NCBI GenBank assembly: GCA_022340825.1
Contig: JAJDNE010000072.1
Span: forward strand, 1-59,126
DNA from: Acidiferrobacterales bacterium
Lineage (GTDB): Bacteria; Pseudomonadota; Gammaproteobacteria; Acidiferrobacterales; JAJDNE01
DNA: 59,126 bases
Direction: 5' to 3'
Part shown: positions 1 to 11,941 of the stretch, piece by piece
Numbering within the stretch: position 1 is the stretch's first letter
How the letters are laid out: every line of letters begins with the position of its first letter
The notes under the pieces: generated by a model
The model's database searches: none
Told to the model about the DNA's origin: nothing
Seen by the model: the letters and a program-made list of their open reading frames with translations, nothing else
Position numbers and translations under genes: made by a program

Positions 1-243
1 ATTCAGGAAACGCTGGACGTAGCTGTCATCGGCTGCGTTGTGAACGGGCCGGGCGAGGCAAAGCAGGCCGACATCGGTTTGACCGGCGGCGAACCCAATC
101 TGCTTTATGTGAATGGTGTCCCGGATCATAAAGTCAGCGACGAAGAGTTAGTAGATGAGCTGGAACGCACCATCCGCCAATTCATCAGTGATCGACAGGA
201 AGCAGACAACAAAAACGCTTCCCCTAAAATTCAAACCGGTTGA
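1..243 (+). CDS. ispG: 4-hydroxy-3-methylbut-2-enyl diphosphate synthase, C-terminal part (truncated by window edge)
   Basis: Frame 1 reads [30 protein letters not shown], the IspG Fe-S binding motif. It lies in the usual position before hisS. Confidence 0.95.
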   Translation: MQETLDVAVIGCVVNGPGEAKQADIGLTGGEPNLLYVNGVPDHKVSDEELVDELERTIRQFISDRQEADNKNASPKIQTG

Positions 244-253
244 GGGTGCTACG

Positions 254-1513
254 TTGAGCAATTCCGTTCAGGCCATTCGCGGCATGAATGACCTGCTGCC
301 TGAGACCGTTGCATACTGGCAATGGGTGGAAGATGTCGCTCGCGATGTCATGGATTCTTATGGCTATCGCGAACTGCGGTTGCCGTTGCTGGAAAAAACC
401 GATCTGTTCAAGCGCTCTATCGGCGAAGTGACCGACATCGTCGAGAAGGAAATGTATACCTTTGATGACCGCAATGGCGACAGCCTGACGCTCCGTCCGG
501 AAGGCACTGCCAGTTGCGTCCGCGCCGCCATTGAAAACGGCATGCTGCACAACCAGGTGCATCGTTTGTGGTATGCCGGCCCCATGTTTCGGCATGAACG
601 TCCGCAGAAGGGCCGTTATCGCCAGTTCCACCAGATCGGTGCGGAAACCTTTGGCATGGAAGGCCCCGATGTTGACGCCGAGCTAATCCTGCTGACAGCA
701 CGGCTGTGGCACGAGCTCGGCATCGATGACGTTCGGCTGGAGATCAATTCACTCGGCACGGTCGAGACCCGCAATGCCCACCGCAAGGAACTGGTGACGT
801 ACCTGCGGGACCACTATGATGCGCTCGACGACGACAGCAAGCGCCGACTGGAACAGAATCCGTTACGTATCCTCGACAGTAAAAACCCGGACGTGCAGAA
901 GATTGTCGCTTCAGCACCGAGCCTGCTGGATCACCTGAGTGATGAATCGCGTGATCATTTCGAGCGGTTGCAGGCGTATCTCGATGATGCCGGTATCGAG
1001 TATGAGGTAAACCCGTGCCTGGTCCGGGGCCTGGATTATTACAGTCGTACGGTATTCGAATGGATTACGTCTGAGCTCGGTGCCCAGGGTACCATCTGCG
1101 CCGGCGGACGCTACGACGGGCTGGTGGAACAGCTTGGCGGAAAATCGACACCGGCGGCCGGGTTCGCCCTTGGTATGGAGCGACTGGTCGAGCTGGTGCA
1201 GGCACAGAATCCCGATGCGGTAGAGTCGCCAATCGATGCCTATCTGGTTTGCCTTGGCGACGCGGCGCAATCACTTGGTATCAAGCTGTCAGAGCAATTA
1301 CGAAGCCAGGGCGTAAATATTATCTGCCACTGCGGAGGTGGTAGCGTGAAGAGCCAGATGAAAAAGGCTGACAAGAGCGGGGCGCGCTATGCGGTGATCC
1401 TCGGTGATGACGAGATTCAGGCGGGTGAAGCCGGAGTTAAATTTCTACGCGAAACAGGTGAGCAGCAACAGGTAATGTTTGATGCGCTGGCCGATATCCT
1501 GACCAAAGACTGA
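254..1513 (+). CDS. hisS: Histidine--tRNA ligase
   Basis: [38 protein letters not shown] and GGRYDGL motifs. Start placed at the in-frame TTG at 254 (after GAGG), not the ORF-track start at 155. Confidence 0.97.
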   Translation: MSNSVQAIRGMNDLLPETVAYWQWVEDVARDVMDSYGYRELRLPLLEKTDLFKRSIGEVTDIVEKEMYTFDDRNGDSLTLRPEGTASCVRAAIENGMLHNQVHRLWYAGPMFRHERPQKGRYRQFHQIGAETFGMEGPDVDAELILLTARLWHELGIDDVRLEINSLGTVETRNAHRKELVTYLRDHYDALDDDSKRRLEQNPLRILDSKNPDVQKIVASAPSLLDHLSDESRDHFERLQAYLDDAGIEYEVNPCLVRGLDYYSRTVFEWITSELGAQGTICAGGRYDGLVEQLGGKSTPAAGFALGMERLVELVQAQNPDAVESPIDAYLVCLGDAAQSLGIKLSEQLRSQGVNIICHCGGGSVKSQMKKADKSGARYAVILGDDEIQAGEAGVKFLRETGEQQQVMFDALADILTKD

Positions 1514-1535
1514 TTACAACACAGGTGCAATAAAG

Positions 1536-2177
1536 TTGGAAAACGAATTTCAAGAAAATGATGATATCGAACGGCTAAAGTCGTGGTGGAAGAATTACGG
1601 TAGCGCACTGGTGATCGGCGTTGCGCTGGGAACGACGGCGCTGTTTGGATACCGTTACTGGAATCAGTACCAGTTTGATCAGGCGGCCAAGGCATCGGCA
1701 CTGTACGACCAGGTGGTATACCAGATGAAACAGAACAATGCAGATCAGGCTGCTGCTATTGGCGGTCAAATCATGGATGGCTACGATTCTACGCCCTACG
1801 CCGGTATGGCGGCTTTGCTGTTGGCAAAAATCAGCTATGACAGCGGTGACGTGGCCAACGCGCGTCGCCAGTTAACCTGGGCCATGGAAAATGCCGAGGT
1901 TGACGCAACCCGTCACGCTGCCAGGATCCGACTGGCGCGTCTTATGGGTGAAGCCGGTGAAACGGATGCCGCACTGGCATTGATCGCGGTGACTGACCGT
2001 GGCGGTTTCGAGAGCGAGTACAGTGAATTGCAGGGCGACCTGCTAGCCAGTCAGGGCAAGCAGGAAGAAGCGCGTGCCGCCTATGCCTCGGCGTTAGCCG
2101 GAAACAATACAAGGGAGTACGCCGCCATTCTTCAGATGAAGATCGCTGACCTCGGTCAAAAGGAATCGGTGCAATGA
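1536..2177 (+). CDS. yfgM: YfgM-family TPR membrane chaperone (SecYEG ancillary subunit)
   Basis: E-x-L-K-x-WW-K-x-Y-G followed by a TM helix and helical repeats, ELQGD motif, hisS-yfgM-bamB synteny. TTG start. Confidence 0.9.
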   Translation: MENEFQENDDIERLKSWWKNYGSALVIGVALGTTALFGYRYWNQYQFDQAAKASALYDQVVYQMKQNNADQAAAIGGQIMDGYDSTPYAGMAALLLAKISYDSGDVANARRQLTWAMENAEVDATRHAARIRLARLMGEAGETDAALALIAVTDRGGFESEYSELQGDLLASQGKQEEARAAYASALAGNNTREYAAILQMKIADLGQKESVQ

Positions 2178-3322
2178 ATTTTTACCGCCTGATACTGTCG
2201 GCGACGTTGGTATTGGCGCTGGCGGGTTGCGGTGGACTCGGGAAAAGTAATCTGGAGCCGCCGACACCGCTGAAGGATTTCAAAGCCACTGCGCAAATCC
2301 AGCGACTGTGGTCGGCAGACATTGGCGATGCAGGTGACCAGTACAACCGCCTGGCACCCCGGCTCGCTGGCGATACGGTTTATGCCGCCAGTGGGAAGGG
2401 CGATGTTACGGCCTTCAACGCCGATACCGGTAAAACCTTGTGGCGACAAGAGCTCGCGGTTCCCGTAAGTGGCGCCATGGGTTATGGCAATAACCTGGCT
2501 CTGCTGGGCACCCGCGAAGGTGAAGTGCTGGCGTTGAATTCCGATAGCGGCAAGCTGGTCTGGCGCACTCGCGTCAGCAGCGAGGTACTGGCACCACCTG
2601 TTGCTACATCTGGTGTGGTTGTCGTACAGACCATTGATGGTTTCGTCTATGGATTGTCGGCTCAGGATGGCAAGCGTTTGTGGCAATTCCAGCGTACGGT
2701 GCCCGCGCTTTCGTTGCGCGGTACCAGTGGGCCCAGCATCCAGAGTGGAATGGTGGTGACCGGGTTTGCCGACGGCACAATAGTGGGTCTGGATCTCAAT
2801 TCCGGCAAGGTGCGCTGGGATGCCGCTGTGGCTCGCCCATCCGGCCGTACTGAGCTCGAGCGGCTGGTCGACGTCGACGGCACACCGGTAATCGCCGGTT
2901 ATCGGATGTTCGCCGCCAGCTACCAGGGCAGATTGATCGCACTGGATCTACGTAACGGCCGCTTGCTTTGGGGAAGAAAGGCCTCAACTTATGTACCGAT
3001 GGCAGTCGACCGTAGCAATGTCTATTTAGTCGACGCCGATGGTGTTGTGGTGGCGCTGGATCAGGCCACGGGTGCCGAGCGCTGGCGCCAGACCGGCTTG
3101 CGCGCGCGCTTTGTTTCGGCGCCAGCCATCATCAATGGTTACCTGGCTGCAGGCGATTACAATGGTGTGCTGCACCTTTTATCGCGCGACAGCGGTGAAT
3201 TCGTTGCCCGAACAGATATCGATGGCAGTGCCATTGTCAGTCGCCCCGTGAGTCGGGGCAATCGCCTTTACGTCAGCAACCAGTCGGGTCGACTGGTGGC
3301 AATGCAGGTTCAGCCAAAATAG
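2174..3322 (+). CDS. bamB: Outer membrane protein assembly factor BamB (lipoprotein)
   Basis: Lipobox LAGC, PQQ-like beta-propeller repeats (G..W), LSLRG and ELERLVDVD motifs. Confidence 0.95.
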   Translation: MNFYRLILSATLVLALAGCGGLGKSNLEPPTPLKDFKATAQIQRLWSADIGDAGDQYNRLAPRLAGDTVYAASGKGDVTAFNADTGKTLWRQELAVPVSGAMGYGNNLALLGTREGEVLALNSDSGKLVWRTRVSSEVLAPPVATSGVVVVQTIDGFVYGLSAQDGKRLWQFQRTVPALSLRGTSGPSIQSGMVVTGFADGTIVGLDLNSGKVRWDAAVARPSGRTELERLVDVDGTPVIAGYRMFAASYQGRLIALDLRNGRLLWGRKASTYVPMAVDRSNVYLVDADGVVVALDQATGAERWRQTGLRARFVSAPAIINGYLAAGDYNGVLHLLSRDSGEFVARTDIDGSAIVSRPVSRGNRLYVSNQSGRLVAMQVQPK

Positions 3323-3380
3323 ACCGCACGATATTTACGCCACGGCGATTGTCGCCAGCACTATTCCTGATAGCAGTTAA

Positions 3381-4787
3381 ATGAAACCAGTCCTTGTACT
3401 CGTTGGTCGTCCCAACGTCGGAAAATCGACATTATTCAATCGCCTGACGCGGGGGCGAGATGCGTTGGTGGCCGATGTTCCGGGATTAACGCGTGATCGG
3501 CAATACGGTGAAGGCAAGCGCGGTAACCGGCCGTACCTGGTGGTGGATACTGGCGGTGTAACCGAAGACCTTGACCGCAGCGTTCAGGACAAGCGTATGT
3601 CGATGGATGCCATGATGAAGGAACAGACCCGTCAGGCAGTCGAAGAAGGTGATGCAATTATTTTTCTGGTGGATGGTCGCGAGGGTGTGACACCGGCAGA
3701 TCAGGAACTGGCCAACTATCTTCGCCGTACCAATAAGCCGGTTATCGTCGCGGTTAACAAAACCGAAGGCTTGGAGCCGGACGTAGTGACGGCTGAGTTT
3801 CACCGTCTGGGATTGCCGCAACTGGTTTCAATCTCAGCCAAGCGTGGGGACGGCATCAGTGATCTCGTAAACGATGCCCTCGCCGGGTTTCCGGAAAGTG
3901 AGGAAACCGAAATTGAAATTGATGTGCCGCGCGTGGCTGTCGCCGGGCGACCGAACGTCGGTAAGTCGACACTGATCAATTCATTACTTGGCGAGGAGCG
4001 AGTCGTCGTATTCGATGAGCCTGGCACCACGCGCGACAGTATTCGAATTCCACTGGAGCGCAACAAGAAGTCCTACATCTTTATCGATACGGCGGGTGTG
4101 CGTCGCAAGGGTCGCGTGCACGAAACTATTGAAAAGTTTTCCATTATCAAGACGCTGCAAGCGATTGAAGAAGCTAACGTCGTTATCCTGGTGCTTGATG
4201 CCGACCAGGGGCTCAGCGAACAGGATGCCAGCCTGGCTGGCTACATTTTGGAAAAAGGTCGGGCGTTGGTGGTGGCAGTAAACAAGTGCGACAAGGTCGA
4301 TCTTGAGCGACGCCAGTGGATAGAGCGCGAGCTCGCACGACGCTTCGCATTCATTACGTTCGTGCGGCCGCATTACATTTCAGCGTTGCATGGCACTGGA
4401 ATTGCTGGCCTGTTCAAATCCATTGACCGCGCCTTTGCGTCTGCCTGCAAAACGCTTGGCACATCATTGTTGAACCGGGTTCTGCAACAGGCAGTGCAGG
4501 CAACCCAGCCGCCTATGTTTCATGGCCGCCGGATCAAACCCAAGTTTGCCCATCAGGGGGGCAAGAATCCTCCACTGGTGGTGATCCACGGCAACCAGGT
4601 GAATCAGATGCCTGAGACCTATCGGCGCTATCTGGCCAATGCTTTTCGCAAGGCATTCCGGCTGGAAGGGACGCCGGTGCGTATCGAGTGTCGCGAGGGC
4701 GCCAATCCATATCTGGCAAAAACACCAAGCAAAACAGGGCGTTACCAGAAAGGAAAAAAAACGCGTGAGCATCGCCGCCATCGTTAG
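3381..4787 (+). CDS. der: Ribosome biogenesis GTPase Der (EngA)
   Basis: Two GTPase domains (GRPNVGKS twice, DTGG/DTAG, NKTE/NKCD) and a KH-like C-domain. Confidence 0.97.
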   Translation: MKPVLVLVGRPNVGKSTLFNRLTRGRDALVADVPGLTRDRQYGEGKRGNRPYLVVDTGGVTEDLDRSVQDKRMSMDAMMKEQTRQAVEEGDAIIFLVDGREGVTPADQELANYLRRTNKPVIVAVNKTEGLEPDVVTAEFHRLGLPQLVSISAKRGDGISDLVNDALAGFPESEETEIEIDVPRVAVAGRPNVGKSTLINSLLGEERVVVFDEPGTTRDSIRIPLERNKKSYIFIDTAGVRRKGRVHETIEKFSIIKTLQAIEEANVVILVLDADQGLSEQDASLAGYILEKGRALVVAVNKCDKVDLERRQWIERELARRFAFITFVRPHYISALHGTGIAGLFKSIDRAFASACKTLGTSLLNRVLQQAVQATQPPMFHGRRIKPKFAHQGGKNPPLVVIHGNQVNQMPETYRRYLANAFRKAFRLEGTPVRIECREGANPYLAKTPSKTGRYQKGKKTREHRRHR

Positions 4788-4894
4788 CGCGCGCCTGACA
4801 GTTGCGCGAGATGCGCTAGACTTAAAGTACAAAGTATCACTGGTTACTAAAACAATAATCATGACTTCGGGAAAATCCTGCTAAAGGCGATTGA

Positions 4895-6031
4895 ATGGGG
4901 GGGTACCACAAAGATGCGCTGCCGCGTGGACATCATCTGGCAGACTATGTCATCGACTCGGTGCTCGGGGTAGGTGGTTTTGGCGTCACCTACCTGGCCC
5001 ATGATGAACAGCTTGGTTCCAAGGTAGCAATCAAGGAATACCTGCCGCAGGATATCTCCAATCGCATTGAAGCAACGCGCGTTCTACCGAATCCGGATGC
5101 CCCGAACGCGATCCAGGACTACCACTGGGGTCTGAAAGAATTTGTGAAAGAAGCTCGTCATCTGGTGCAATTCAAGCACCCGAACATCGTGCGCGTGCTC
5201 CGTTTCATGGAGGCCAATGGTACGGCCTACATGGTCATGGAGTATGAGAAGGGACAGAGCCTCAGCCATTACCTGAAAAATCTGCCGGGTCGCCGGTTGG
5301 AGGAACAGGAATTGCTACGAATCTTCCTGCCGATCCTTAACGGTCTTGCTGCTGTCCACGATGCAAAAATTCTCCACCTGGATATCAAGCCGGACAATAT
5401 TTATCTACGAGAGGATCACACGCCGATGCTCATTGACTTCGGCTCCGCACGACAGGCGATTACCGGTGTGGATCATGCGCAACGGGTTACCCTGACCCAC
5501 GGCTTTGCGCCGATTGAACAGTACCCGGACAAGGGTCAGCCCGGCCCATGGACCGATATCTATGCGATGGGCGCAAGCATGTATTATGCGATCTGTGCCA
5601 GGCGGCCGGAAATATCGATCAACCGTTATCAGACATTTCTCAAGCACCATGCCGATCCGCTAACGCCCGCTATCAAGGCAGGCGAGGGAAAGTACTCGAA
5701 ATATATTCTGGAATGTATCGACTGGGCATTGCAGATCTATGCGAAAGACCGTCCACAATCTGCGCGCCAGCTGCAAGATGGTCTAATGGGCAGGGGAATC
5801 CCCAGGGCGGCCGTGCCCAAGCCATACATCGATCTGTCGAAGGCGAAATCGCGCGCCAAGCAGAATCGGGAAAGCCGAATGGGACGCTGGATATTGGTGC
5901 TGTTGATCGCTGGTGGTATCGGTAGCGGATACTATTATTTCAAACCGTCCCTGGTTACCCAGGCACTCAATAAGACAAACCAGCTAATCAAACCTTATAC
6001 TGCCAGGCTTGAGAAGATTCTCAAGCGATAA
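4895..6031 (+). CDS. Hanks-type Ser/Thr protein kinase with C-terminal transmembrane helix
   Basis: LGVGGFGVTY, VAIKE, HPNIV, HLDIKPDN, DFG, APIE and DIYAMG motifs. Hydrophobic WILVLLIAGGIGSGYYYF near the C-terminus. Confidence 0.93.
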   Translation: MGGYHKDALPRGHHLADYVIDSVLGVGGFGVTYLAHDEQLGSKVAIKEYLPQDISNRIEATRVLPNPDAPNAIQDYHWGLKEFVKEARHLVQFKHPNIVRVLRFMEANGTAYMVMEYEKGQSLSHYLKNLPGRRLEEQELLRIFLPILNGLAAVHDAKILHLDIKPDNIYLREDHTPMLIDFGSARQAITGVDHAQRVTLTHGFAPIEQYPDKGQPGPWTDIYAMGASMYYAICARRPEISINRYQTFLKHHADPLTPAIKAGEGKYSKYILECIDWALQIYAKDRPQSARQLQDGLMGRGIPRAAVPKPYIDLSKAKSRAKQNRESRMGRWILVLLIAGGIGSGYYYFKPSLVTQALNKTNQLIKPYTARLEKILKR

Positions 6032-6049
6032 AGGTGGCAACGGTTGTTT

Positions 6050-6943
6050 CTAGGAGCCGCCGACCTTTTGATCGGCGTTGTTAGAGATGCTATCCAGATA
6101 GGCCTGGTTGCGTTCCAGTGAATCGGCACGAATAAACGGCATCGGATCAATCATCGTCTGGTTCAATATCACGCCCCAATGCAAATGCGGGCCGGTGACT
6201 CGACCGGTGGCGCCCACTTCCCCAATTTTTTGACCGCGCTCTACGCGCATACCCATCGGCACATCAACTTTGCTCAGGTGAATATACTGGGTAATCAGGC
6301 CCTGACCATGATCGAGAAATATCGTGTTTCCGGTGAAGTAATAATCGCCAATATTAATGACCGTACCCGCAGCCGGGGCGTACACCGGTGTTCCTGTTGG
6401 CGCTGCAATGTCGAGCGCGCTGTGGCGGCGGGGCCGGGGGCTGTCATTATAGAAACGTTGCAAGCCGAACTGGCTGCTGAATCTACCCTGCGTTGGTAAA
6501 TCGAATTTGAGTGGCGGCTCTGGGTTGTATGACCACACCACGAATGCCTTGCCGATTTTCTCGCGCTCGGCTGTGATGCGTTTCAAGTCGTTCTTGTTCG
6601 GATAGACTTTGCGTTTGTTTTTGATGGTAAGCCGCTGTACCGGATATTTTTTGTCGACAATCTTGATCGGATAATTGTTCTTTTTACCATCGGCTATGGT
6701 GGTTAGTTTGTATTCACCTGGCTTCAATTTTAACGGGATGCCGGCAATGGCAAGCCAGCGACTACCGTCACGGATAACCATTACCTGGCGGTTCTGGAAT
6801 TCCGCACGTGGCATTGCCTGGCCATCCAGGTATAGCGGTACGACAACGACTCCGCCCGGCACACTATTGGATTCAGGCAGCTCAATCGCACCAGCGCTGG
6901 CGGCGAACAGAAACAGTAATACGAATACACTAATTTTCTTCAT
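6050..6943 (-). CDS. M23 family peptidoglycan endopeptidase with signal peptide
   Basis: HSALD (HxxxD), GRVTGPHLHW (HxH), signal peptide MKKISVFVLLFLFAASAGA. Overlaps the xseA stop. Alternative start at 6949. Confidence 0.92.
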   Translation of the reverse strand: MKKISVFVLLFLFAASAGAIELPESNSVPGGVVVVPLYLDGQAMPRAEFQNRQVMVIRDGSRWLAIAGIPLKLKPGEYKLTTIADGKKNNYPIKIVDKKYPVQRLTIKNKRKVYPNKNDLKRITAEREKIGKAFVVWSYNPEPPLKFDLPTQGRFSSQFGLQRFYNDSPRPRRHSALDIAAPTGTPVYAPAAGTVINIGDYYFTGNTIFLDHGQGLITQYIHLSKVDVPMGMRVERGQKIGEVGATGRVTGPHLHWGVILNQTMIDPMPFIRADSLERNQAYLDSISNNADQKVGGS

Positions 6944-8291
6944 GAACATCCTCTACAACACATTCTAGCTCACCCCGTGAAATTTTTGCATGCAGTCGGT
7001 CGCCCGTTTTTATCTTTCTGGCGTCGCGCACAATCGCGCCGGCGGTATTAGTCAGAATGGCATAGCCCCGGTCCAGCGTTGCCAATGGACTGAGCGCATT
7101 CAGTCGACCACCGAGCGCGGAAAGCATCTGTTGCCGCCGCTGCAGTTGAAGGTGCATCGCGCCTTTGAGCCGTTGATCCAGGTGACGCGCATTTAATAAC
7201 AGTGCCTGCACGCGGCCCGGGGGCGCCGATCGCCGTAACCGGCTGTTTATCGAGACCAGTTTTGTCCGTCTGGTGTGAAGGTGGTGACGTTGAGCATACA
7301 ACATCTTCTGCGACAGGTAGCTGAGTCGATCACGGAGTTGGCGGATTCGATCCCGCGGGTGAATCAGGCGCGAACTGGCCCAATCCAGGCCCTGCCGTGA
7401 ATCATTGAGGTGATCCTGCATCAACCGGATCAGGCGTTGAGTACGCAGCGTGAATTGTGTCATCCACTGGCGTTGATCCGGGCTTAACATTTCGGCAGCA
7501 GCGGTCGGTGTTGGCGCCCGCGCGTCGGCCGCCATGTCGGCAATCGTAATATCGGTTTCGTGCCCGACGCCGCATACCAACGGGATTGAGCATTGGTAAA
7601 TCGCACGGGCTACGACTTCTTCGTTGAACGACCACAGGTCCTCCAGCGAGCCACCACCGCGTGCGAGAATCAGTGCATCACATTCGGCTCGCTGATCCGC
7701 CAGTGCAATCATCGCTGCGATCTTGTTGGCAGCCCCTTCTCCCTGAACCGGTACAGGATATACCAGCACCGGGATCGACGGGAATCGCCGTGCCAGTGTC
7801 GTCAGAATATCGTGTAGTACCGCACCGGAGGGGGAGGTGATGATGCCGATGCGCCTGGGCAGGGTAGGAACTGCTCTTTTCCGATCCGGGGCAAACAGAC
7901 CTTCCTGCAACAGTTGGGTTTTAAGCAGCTCGAATTTGCGCCGCAAGGCGCCTTCACCCGCCGGTTCCATAGAATCCACGATTAGCTGGAACTCCCCGCG
8001 GGCCTCGTAAAGGCTCACCCGGGCCCGGATCAGTACCTGCATCCCGTCCTCCGGCTGAAATCCAAGACCGCGTTGAGCGCCGCGGAAGAAGGCGCAGCGT
8101 ACCTGTGCCTGGTCGTCCTTTAACGAAAAATACATGTGGCCGGACGCGGGGCGCGCCAGGTTGGATATTTCGCCTTCCAGCCAGAGCAAGCCGAGGCCGC
8201 CTTCGAGAATAGCCTTGGCTTCACGATTGAGCCTGGAAACCGTATAAACGTCACGGTCACTTTTAGGCGGAGGTGATAGCAGGTCGGTCAT
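6930..8291 (-). CDS. xseA: Exodeoxyribonuclease VII large subunit
   Basis: GEISN...SGHMYFSLKD, ARGGGSLEDLWSFN, VGHETD, PTPTAAAE and LSPLATLDRGY motifs. Confidence 0.97.
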   Translation of the reverse strand: MTDLLSPPPKSDRDVYTVSRLNREAKAILEGGLGLLWLEGEISNLARPASGHMYFSLKDDQAQVRCAFFRGAQRGLGFQPEDGMQVLIRARVSLYEARGEFQLIVDSMEPAGEGALRRKFELLKTQLLQEGLFAPDRKRAVPTLPRRIGIITSPSGAVLHDILTTLARRFPSIPVLVYPVPVQGEGAANKIAAMIALADQRAECDALILARGGGSLEDLWSFNEEVVARAIYQCSIPLVCGVGHETDITIADMAADARAPTPTAAAEMLSPDQRQWMTQFTLRTQRLIRLMQDHLNDSRQGLDWASSRLIHPRDRIRQLRDRLSYLSQKMLYAQRHHLHTRRTKLVSINSRLRRSAPPGRVQALLLNARHLDQRLKGAMHLQLQRRQQMLSALGGRLNALSPLATLDRGYAILTNTAGAIVRDARKIKTGDRLHAKISRGELECVVEDVHEEN

Positions 8292-8329
8292 TGCACTATA
8301 TTACCTGTCAATCGCTGGTAATGGGTGCC

Positions 8330-8357
8330 AAAAAAAGCCGGGCAATGCCCGGCTTTT
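8330..8357 (-). terminator. Intrinsic terminator after the small lipoprotein gene
   Basis: On the minus strand, AAAAGCCGGGC-ATT-GCCCGGCTTTTTTT: a GC hairpin followed by a 7-T tract. Confidence 0.85.
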
Positions 8358-8380
8358 CTGATGGTGCTAAACAGTTGAAC

Positions 8381-8677
8381 TTAGAAATAGGTCGGATGCG
8401 GGTTCGCTTCGGCCTTTGCCTGTTGTTGCGCCAACTTGGCCTGGTCGATAGCTTTCTGTACCAGCTTCTTGGCTTTGGCACTGTCGCCGTCTTCTTTGGC
8501 TTTCTTGGCTTGCTTCATGATCTTGCCGGTATCGCGCCACTCGTAGTGCATCTTCTTGGCGACAGCTATCTCTTGATTGGCCTGTGCAACCAGATCGTCA
8601 TAGGACGGGCCGCTTTCACAACCAATCAAGCTGCCGGCAAAAAGAGCGATAGCGCCGGAAATAATAATTTTTTTCAT
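8381..8677 (-). CDS. Small helical lipoprotein resembling SoxXA-binding protein (SoxK/SaxB-like)
   Basis: Lipobox LIGC, strong SD GGAGGAG, EWRDTGK motif followed by an Ala/Lys helical hairpin (A..GD..KA.KL...A..QA.LA..Q). Family recognised from memory. Confidence 0.7.
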   Translation of the reverse strand: MKKIIISGAIALFAGSLIGCESGPSYDDLVAQANQEIAVAKKMHYEWRDTGKIMKQAKKAKEDGDSAKAKKLVQKAIDQAKLAQQQAKAEANPHPTYF

Positions 8678-8823
8678 TGGAATCTTCTCCTCCAGGGGCT
8701 TTTGTCTTTTTCTAAACTAGTCGCGAAACCCTAAAGCACCGGGCCTTTCAGGTCAAGCCGCCGGAAAAATTGGCGCAGTCAGTAGCCCGGGCCCACAAAA
8801 TGGCAAAAATCGTGCCCGCGCCA

Positions 8824-10315
<1,492 letters not shown>

Positions 10316-10330
10316 CTGTCCATTCAGGCT

Positions 10331-11899
10331 ATGGACCCGCATTCACAACGAATCCTGATTCTCGACTTCGGGTCGCAGTACACACAGCTGATCGCACGTC
10401 GCGTGCGCGAGGCCGGTGTCTACAGCGAACTGCATGCGTACGACATGGATGCCGAGGCAATTCGGGCATTCGCCCCTCGCGGCATCATCCTCTCCGGTGG
10501 TCCGGAATCCGTTACCGAGCACGAGACGCCTCGCGCGCCGGATATTGTTTTTGAGCTAGGTGTACCGGTACTCGGTATCTGTTACGGCATGCAGACCATG
10601 GCGGCGCAGCTCGGTGGCAAGGTCGATATGTCAGCGGCTAGGGAATTCGGTTACGCTGAAGTGCAAACAACTGAATCCACGTTACTGAATGATATCCATG
10701 ATCGCCTTGACGACAGCGGCGAGACTTTTCTCGATGTCTGGATGAGTCATGGCGACAAGGTAACCGCACTACCCGAGGGATTTGCCTCGATCGCCCACAC
10801 TGATAATGCACCGCTTGCCGGTATCGCCGATGAATCTCGCGGCTTCTACGGCCTGCAGTTCCACCCGGAAGTGACCCATACCAGATTGGGGCAAGACATT
10901 ATTCGTCGATTTGTGCATGACATCTGTGAGTGCCAAAGCCTGTGGACGCCGGGGAATATTATTGACGACCTGGTTCGCAATGTACGCGAGCAGGTTGGCG
11001 AGGATGAAGTGATCCTGGGCCTGTCCGGCGGCGTTGATTCCTCGGTGGTGGCGGCACTGTTGCACCGTGCAATCGGGACACAACTCACGTGTATCTTTGT
11101 TGACAATGGCTTGCTGCGACTGCACGAAGGCGATGAAGTCATGGCTACCTTTGGCGAGCACATGGGTGTGCGCGTTGATCGAGTCGATGCAGAGGATCGC
11201 TTCCTCGACAAGCTTATAGGGGTGAATGATCCCGAAGAGAAACGGAAAATCATCGGCAACATGTTTATCGAGATTTTTGAAGAAGAGGCCGCCAGGTTCA
11301 AGAATGCGCGCTGGTTGGCGCAGGGCACAATCTATCCGGACGTAATCGAATCCGCAGGTACCAAGAGCGGTAAGGCCAAGGTAATCAAGTCGCATCACAA
11401 TGTCGGCGGGTTGCCGGAGGACATGAAGCTTGAACTGGTTGAGCCGCTGCGTGAACTGTTCAAGGATGAGGTGCGAAAAATCGGCGAAGAACTGGGGCTG
11501 CCACACCGGATGATCTATCGCCATCCTTTCCCCGGCCCCGGCCTGGGTGTACGCATCCTCGGCGAGGTGAAGAAGGAATACGCCGACATCCTGCGCCAGG
11601 CCGATGCAATCTACCTGGAAGAATTGTATCGCCATGATCTCTACGACAAGGTGAGCCAGGCGTTCACGGTATTCCTGCCGGTAAAGTCGGTGGGTGTGGT
11701 CGGCGACAACCGTGCTTACGAATATGTGGTCACCCTGCGCGCGGTCGAGACCATCGATTTTATGACTGCGACCTGGGCGCGCTTGCCATACGACGTGCTC
11801 GATATCATTTCGCGGCGCATCATCAATGAAGTGCGCGGTATCAGTCGCGTTGCCTACGATATCTCGGGCAAACCCCCTGCGACCATCGAGTGGGAATAA
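10331..11899 (+). CDS. guaA: GMP synthase (glutamine-hydrolysing)
   Basis: [49 protein letters not shown]. Confidence 0.98.
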   Translation: MDPHSQRILILDFGSQYTQLIARRVREAGVYSELHAYDMDAEAIRAFAPRGIILSGGPESVTEHETPRAPDIVFELGVPVLGICYGMQTMAAQLGGKVDMSAAREFGYAEVQTTESTLLNDIHDRLDDSGETFLDVWMSHGDKVTALPEGFASIAHTDNAPLAGIADESRGFYGLQFHPEVTHTRLGQDIIRRFVHDICECQSLWTPGNIIDDLVRNVREQVGEDEVILGLSGGVDSSVVAALLHRAIGTQLTCIFVDNGLLRLHEGDEVMATFGEHMGVRVDRVDAEDRFLDKLIGVNDPEEKRKIIGNMFIEIFEEEAARFKNARWLAQGTIYPDVIESAGTKSGKAKVIKSHHNVGGLPEDMKLELVEPLRELFKDEVRKIGEELGLPHRMIYRHPFPGPGLGVRILGEVKKEYADILRQADAIYLEELYRHDLYDKVSQAFTVFLPVKSVGVVGDNRAYEYVVTLRAVETIDFMTATWARLPYDVLDIISRRIINEVRGISRVAYDISGKPPATIEWE

Positions 11900-11941
11900 C
11901 CGGCCTGCTATTTAGGCAGCAACCCTGAACGCGTATTGTCC

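Noticed and set aside
155-253. Extended hisS N-terminus
   Set aside because: It overlaps ispG out of frame. HisS similarity begins at TTG 254.
10769-11635. 288-aa antisense ORF opposite guaA
   Set aside because: It is a shadow ORF on the reverse of a conserved gene with no recognisable motifs, as expected from codon bias.
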